A DNA stretch of 27,173 bases from Utricularia gibba. Its lineage: Eukaryota; Plantae; Magnoliophyta. Under the pieces are notes generated by a model. The model was not told the DNA's origin. It worked only from the letters and a program-made list of their open reading frames with translations, and searched no databases. Of the stretch, positions 24,160 through 27,173 are shown one piece after another. Each line of letters opens with the position of its first letter. The stretch's first letter is position 1. The position numbers and the translations under genes were made by a program. The stretch covers positions 1 to 27,173 of the forward strand of contig NEEC01000444.1 in NCBI GenBank assembly GCA_002189035.1, read 5' to 3'.

Positions 24160-27100
24160 TTGAAAATCATGTGGGTGCACGTGATATCGCAATTTAAACA
24201 AATGCATCATTTTTTTTAATCGATTTGCATCCGGTTGACCTCATGAGCCATACAGAATCGGGGTCAAGGACCAAGTTCCCAGCGAGACTGGCCGCCACAA
24301 AACGAGAAGCGGTTCCTTGAAAAACCATGTAGGCAGCCCCGAAAAACGAACGATAAAAAATACATCACTTTATTTGCCGGGCTACAACTAACTCTCGCGC
24401 AAGCCAAACCTTACCTTTGTCCCGTTCCAGTGCACCCCAAGACCGCCTCCTCAAGTATAAAGTAAGTTGTTGAAAAAATCATGTGGGGTGCACGTGATAT
24501 CGCAATTTAAACAAATGCATCATTTTTTTTAATCGATTTGCATTCGGTTGACCTCATGAGCCATACAGAATCGGGGTAAGGACCAAGTTCCCAGCGAGAC
24601 TGGCCGCCACAAAACGAGAAGCGGTTCCTTGAAAAACCATGTAGGCAGCCCCCGAAAACCGAACGATAATAAATACATCACTTTATTTGTCGGGCTACAA
24701 CTAACTCTCGGCGCAAGCCAAACCTTACCTTTGTCCCGTTCAGGTGCACCCCAAGACCGCCTCCTCAAGTATAAAGTAAGTTGTTGAAAAAATCATGTGG
24801 GGTGCACGTGATATCGCAATTTAAACAAATGCATCATTTTTTTTAATCGATTTGCATCCGGTTGACCTCATGAGCCATACAGAATCGGGTCAGACCAAGT
24901 TCCCAGCGAGACTGGCCGCCACAAAACGAGAAGCGGTTCCTTGAAAAACCATGTAGGCAGCCCCCGAAAACCGAACGATAATAAATACATCACTTTATTT
25001 GTCGGGCTACAACTAACTCTCGCGCAAGCAAACCTTACCTTTGTCCCGTTCCAGCTGCACCCCAAGACCGCCTCCTCAAGTATAAAGTAAGTTGTTGAAA
25101 AAATCATGTGGGGTGCACATGATATCGCAATTTAAACAAATGCATCATTTTTTTTAATCGATTTGCATTCGGTTGACCTCATGAGCCATACAGAATCGGG
25201 TAAAGGACCAAGTTCCCAGCGAGACTGGCCGCCACAAAACGAGAAGCGGTTCCTTGAAAAACCATGTAGGCAGCCCCGAAAAACCGAACGATAATAAATA
25301 CATCACTTTATTTGTCGGGCTACAACTAACTCTCGCGCAAGCCAAACCTTACCTTTGTCCCGTTCCAGTGCACCCCAAGACCGCCTCCTCAAGTATAAAG
25401 TAAGTTGTTGAAAAAATCATGTGGGGTGCACATGATATCGCAATTTAAACAAATGCATCATTTTTTTTTAATCGATTTGCATTCGGTTGACCTCATGAGC
25501 CATACAGAATCGGGGTCAAGGACCAATTCCCAGCGAGACTGGCCGCCACAAAACGAGAAGCGGTTCCTTGAAAAACCATGTAGGCAGCCCCGAAAACCGA
25601 ACGATAATAAATACATCACTTTATTGTCGGGCTACAACTAACTCTCGGCGCAAGCCAAACCTTACCTTTGTCCCGTTCAGGTGCACCCCAAGACCGCCTC
25701 CTCAAGTATAAAGTAAGTTGTTGAAAAAAAATCATGGGGTGCACGTGATATCGCAATTTAAACAAATGCATCATTTTTTTTAATCGATTTGCATCCGGTT
25801 GACCTCATGAGCCATACAGAATCGGGTCAAGACCAAGTTCCCAGCGAGACTGGCCGCCACAAAACGAGAAGCGGTTCCTTGAAAAACCATGTAGGCAGCC
25901 CCCGAAAACCGAACGATAATAAATACATCACTTTATTTGCCGGCTACAACTAACTCTCGCGCAAGCCAAACCTTACCTTTGTCCCGTTCCAGTGCACCCC
26001 AAGACCGCCTCCTCAAGTATAAAGTAAGTTGTTGAAAAAATCATGTGGGGTGCACATGATATCGCAATTTAAACAAATGCATCATTTTTTTTTAATCGAT
26101 TTGCATCCGGTTGACCTCATGAGCCATACAGAATCGGGGTCAAGGACCAAGTTCCCAGCGAGACTGGCCGCCACAAAACGAGAAGCGGTTCCTTGAAAAA
26201 CCATGTAGGCAGCCCCGAAAAACCGAACGATAATAAATACATCACTTTTTCGGGCTACAACTAACTCTCGCGCAAGCCAAACCTTACCTTTGTCCCGTTC
26301 CAGCTGCACCCAAGACCGCCTCCTCAAGTATAAAGTAAGTTGTTGAAAAAATCATGTGGGTGCACATGATATCGCAATTTAAACAAATGCATCATTTTTT
26401 TTAATCGATTTGCATTCGGTTGACCTCATGAGCCATACAGAATCGGTAAAGGACCAAGTTCCCAGCGAGACTGGCCGCCACAAAACGAGAAGCGGTTCCT
26501 TGAAAAACCATGTAGGCAGCCCCGAAAACCGAACGATAATAAATTTATCACTTTATTGTGGGGCTACAACTAACTCTCGGCGCAAGCCAAACCTTACCTT
26601 TGTCCCGTTCAGTGCACCCCAAGACCGCCTCCCCAAGTATAAAGTAAGTTGTTGAAAAAAATCATGTGGGTGCACGTCATATCGCAATTTTAAAAAATGC
26701 ATCATTTTTTTTAATCGATTTGCATCCGGTTGACCTCATGAGCCATACAGAATCGGGGTCAAGACCAAGTTCCCAGCGAGACTGGCCGCCACAAAACGAG
26801 AAGCGTTCCTTGAAAAACCATGTAGGCAGCCCCGAAAACGAACGATAAAAAATACATCACTTTATTTGCCGGGCTACAACTAACTCTCGCCGCAAGCCAA
26901 ACCTTACCTTTGTCCCGTTCCAGCTGCACCCCAGACCGCCTCCTCAAGTATAAAGTAAGTTGTTGAAAAATCATGTGGGGTGCACATGATATCGCAATTT
27001 AAACAAATGCATCATTTTTTTTAATCGATTTCCATCGGTTGACCTCATGAGCCATACAGAATCGGGGTCAAGGACCAAGTTCCCAGCGAGACTGGCCGCC

Positions 27101-27173
27101 ACAAAACGAGAAGCGGTTCCTTGAAAAACCATGTAGGCAGCCCCCGAAAACCGAACGATAATAAATACATCAC

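Larger units (their letters stand above)
17307..26945 (+). repeat. Higher-order repeat domain: mixed 3-monomer (~935 bp) and 2-monomer (~625 bp) blocks
   Basis: CAC[A/G]TG state per monomer from 17307: AAG AG AAG AAG AG AG AAG AAG AG GG AAG AAG. The monomer just before each G monomer usually has a CAGGTG tail and often GTAAAGG, CAATTT, GATATAAA and TTGTGGGG. Confidence 0.7.
1..27173 (+). repeat. Tandem satellite DNA array, ~314-315-bp monomer, ~88 copies head-to-tail (array continues past both window edges)
   Basis: The anchor AAGTATAAAGTAAGTTGTTGAAAAA recurs at 170, 478, 779, 1084, 1392 ... 26326, 26635, 26946 (87 complete units, mean ~308 bp, all in one orientation). Hand-derived consensus: AAGTATAAAGTAAGTTGTTGAAAAAATCATGTGGGGTGCAC[G/A]TGATATCGCAATTTAAACAAATGCATCATTTTTTTTAATCGATTTGCATCCGGTTGACCTCATGAGCCATACAGAATCGGGGTCAAGGACCAAGTTCCCAGCGAGACTGGCCGCCACAAAACGAGAAGCGGTTCCTTGAAAAACCATGTAGGCAGCCCCGAAAACCGAACGATAATAAATACATCACTTTATTTG[T/C]CGGGCTACAACTAACTCTCGGCGCAAGCCAAACCTTACCTTTGTCCCGTT[CAGG/CCAGC]TGCACCCCAAGACCGCCTCCTC. 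About 46% GC by hand count. Confidence 0.99.

Noticed and set aside
168-26974. All ORFs in the supplied track (60-103 aa, both strands), e.g. the recurrent minus-strand peptide ...DKGKVWLAPRVSCSPTNKVMYLLSFGFRG...
   Set aside because: They are the same few reading frames of the monomer, starting, stopping and frameshifting at random with homopolymer indels. I recognise no domain, and there is no frame preservation between copies.
1-27173. CRISPR array
   Set aside because: There is no short repeat with unique spacers; the entire ~315 bp repeats, and no cas genes are present.
1-27173. Rolling-circle concatemer of one small circular DNA or RNA (viroid-sized unit)
   Set aside because: A single template would give unlinked random errors. 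Here multi-site haplotypes recur in ordered blocks and regional domains, which fits a genomic array.

Overview
The whole 27,173-bp window lies inside one uninterrupted head-to-tail tandem array (satellite DNA), with no array boundary, strand switch, transposon insertion or credible gene. By hand I count 87 complete monomers (170-26945) plus a partial monomer at each end. The consensus is about 314-315 bp and about 46% GC; observed copies average about 308 bp, mostly because of homopolymer deletions that look like long-read or assembly error. The array is hierarchical. (1) Each monomer is an old dimer of two subunits of about 160 and 155 bp (about 55% identical, colinear). (2) Monomers fall into linked sequence variants that form 2- and 3-monomer higher-order blocks in the right half, with a tentative 10-monomer (about 3.1 kb) period. 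(3) A more uniform 18-monomer domain lies at 7.2-12.8 kb. Short motifs resemble the grass centromeric satellites CentC and CentO as I recall them, and several recurrent substitutions are C>T in CG or CHG context. Together these suggest a methylated plant (probably grass) centromeric-type satellite, but this is inference and needs a database search. All listed ORFs are frameshifted copies of the same repeat-derived reading frames and are not called as genes. I found no supportable novel protein-coding or defence system; the interest is in repeat architecture.
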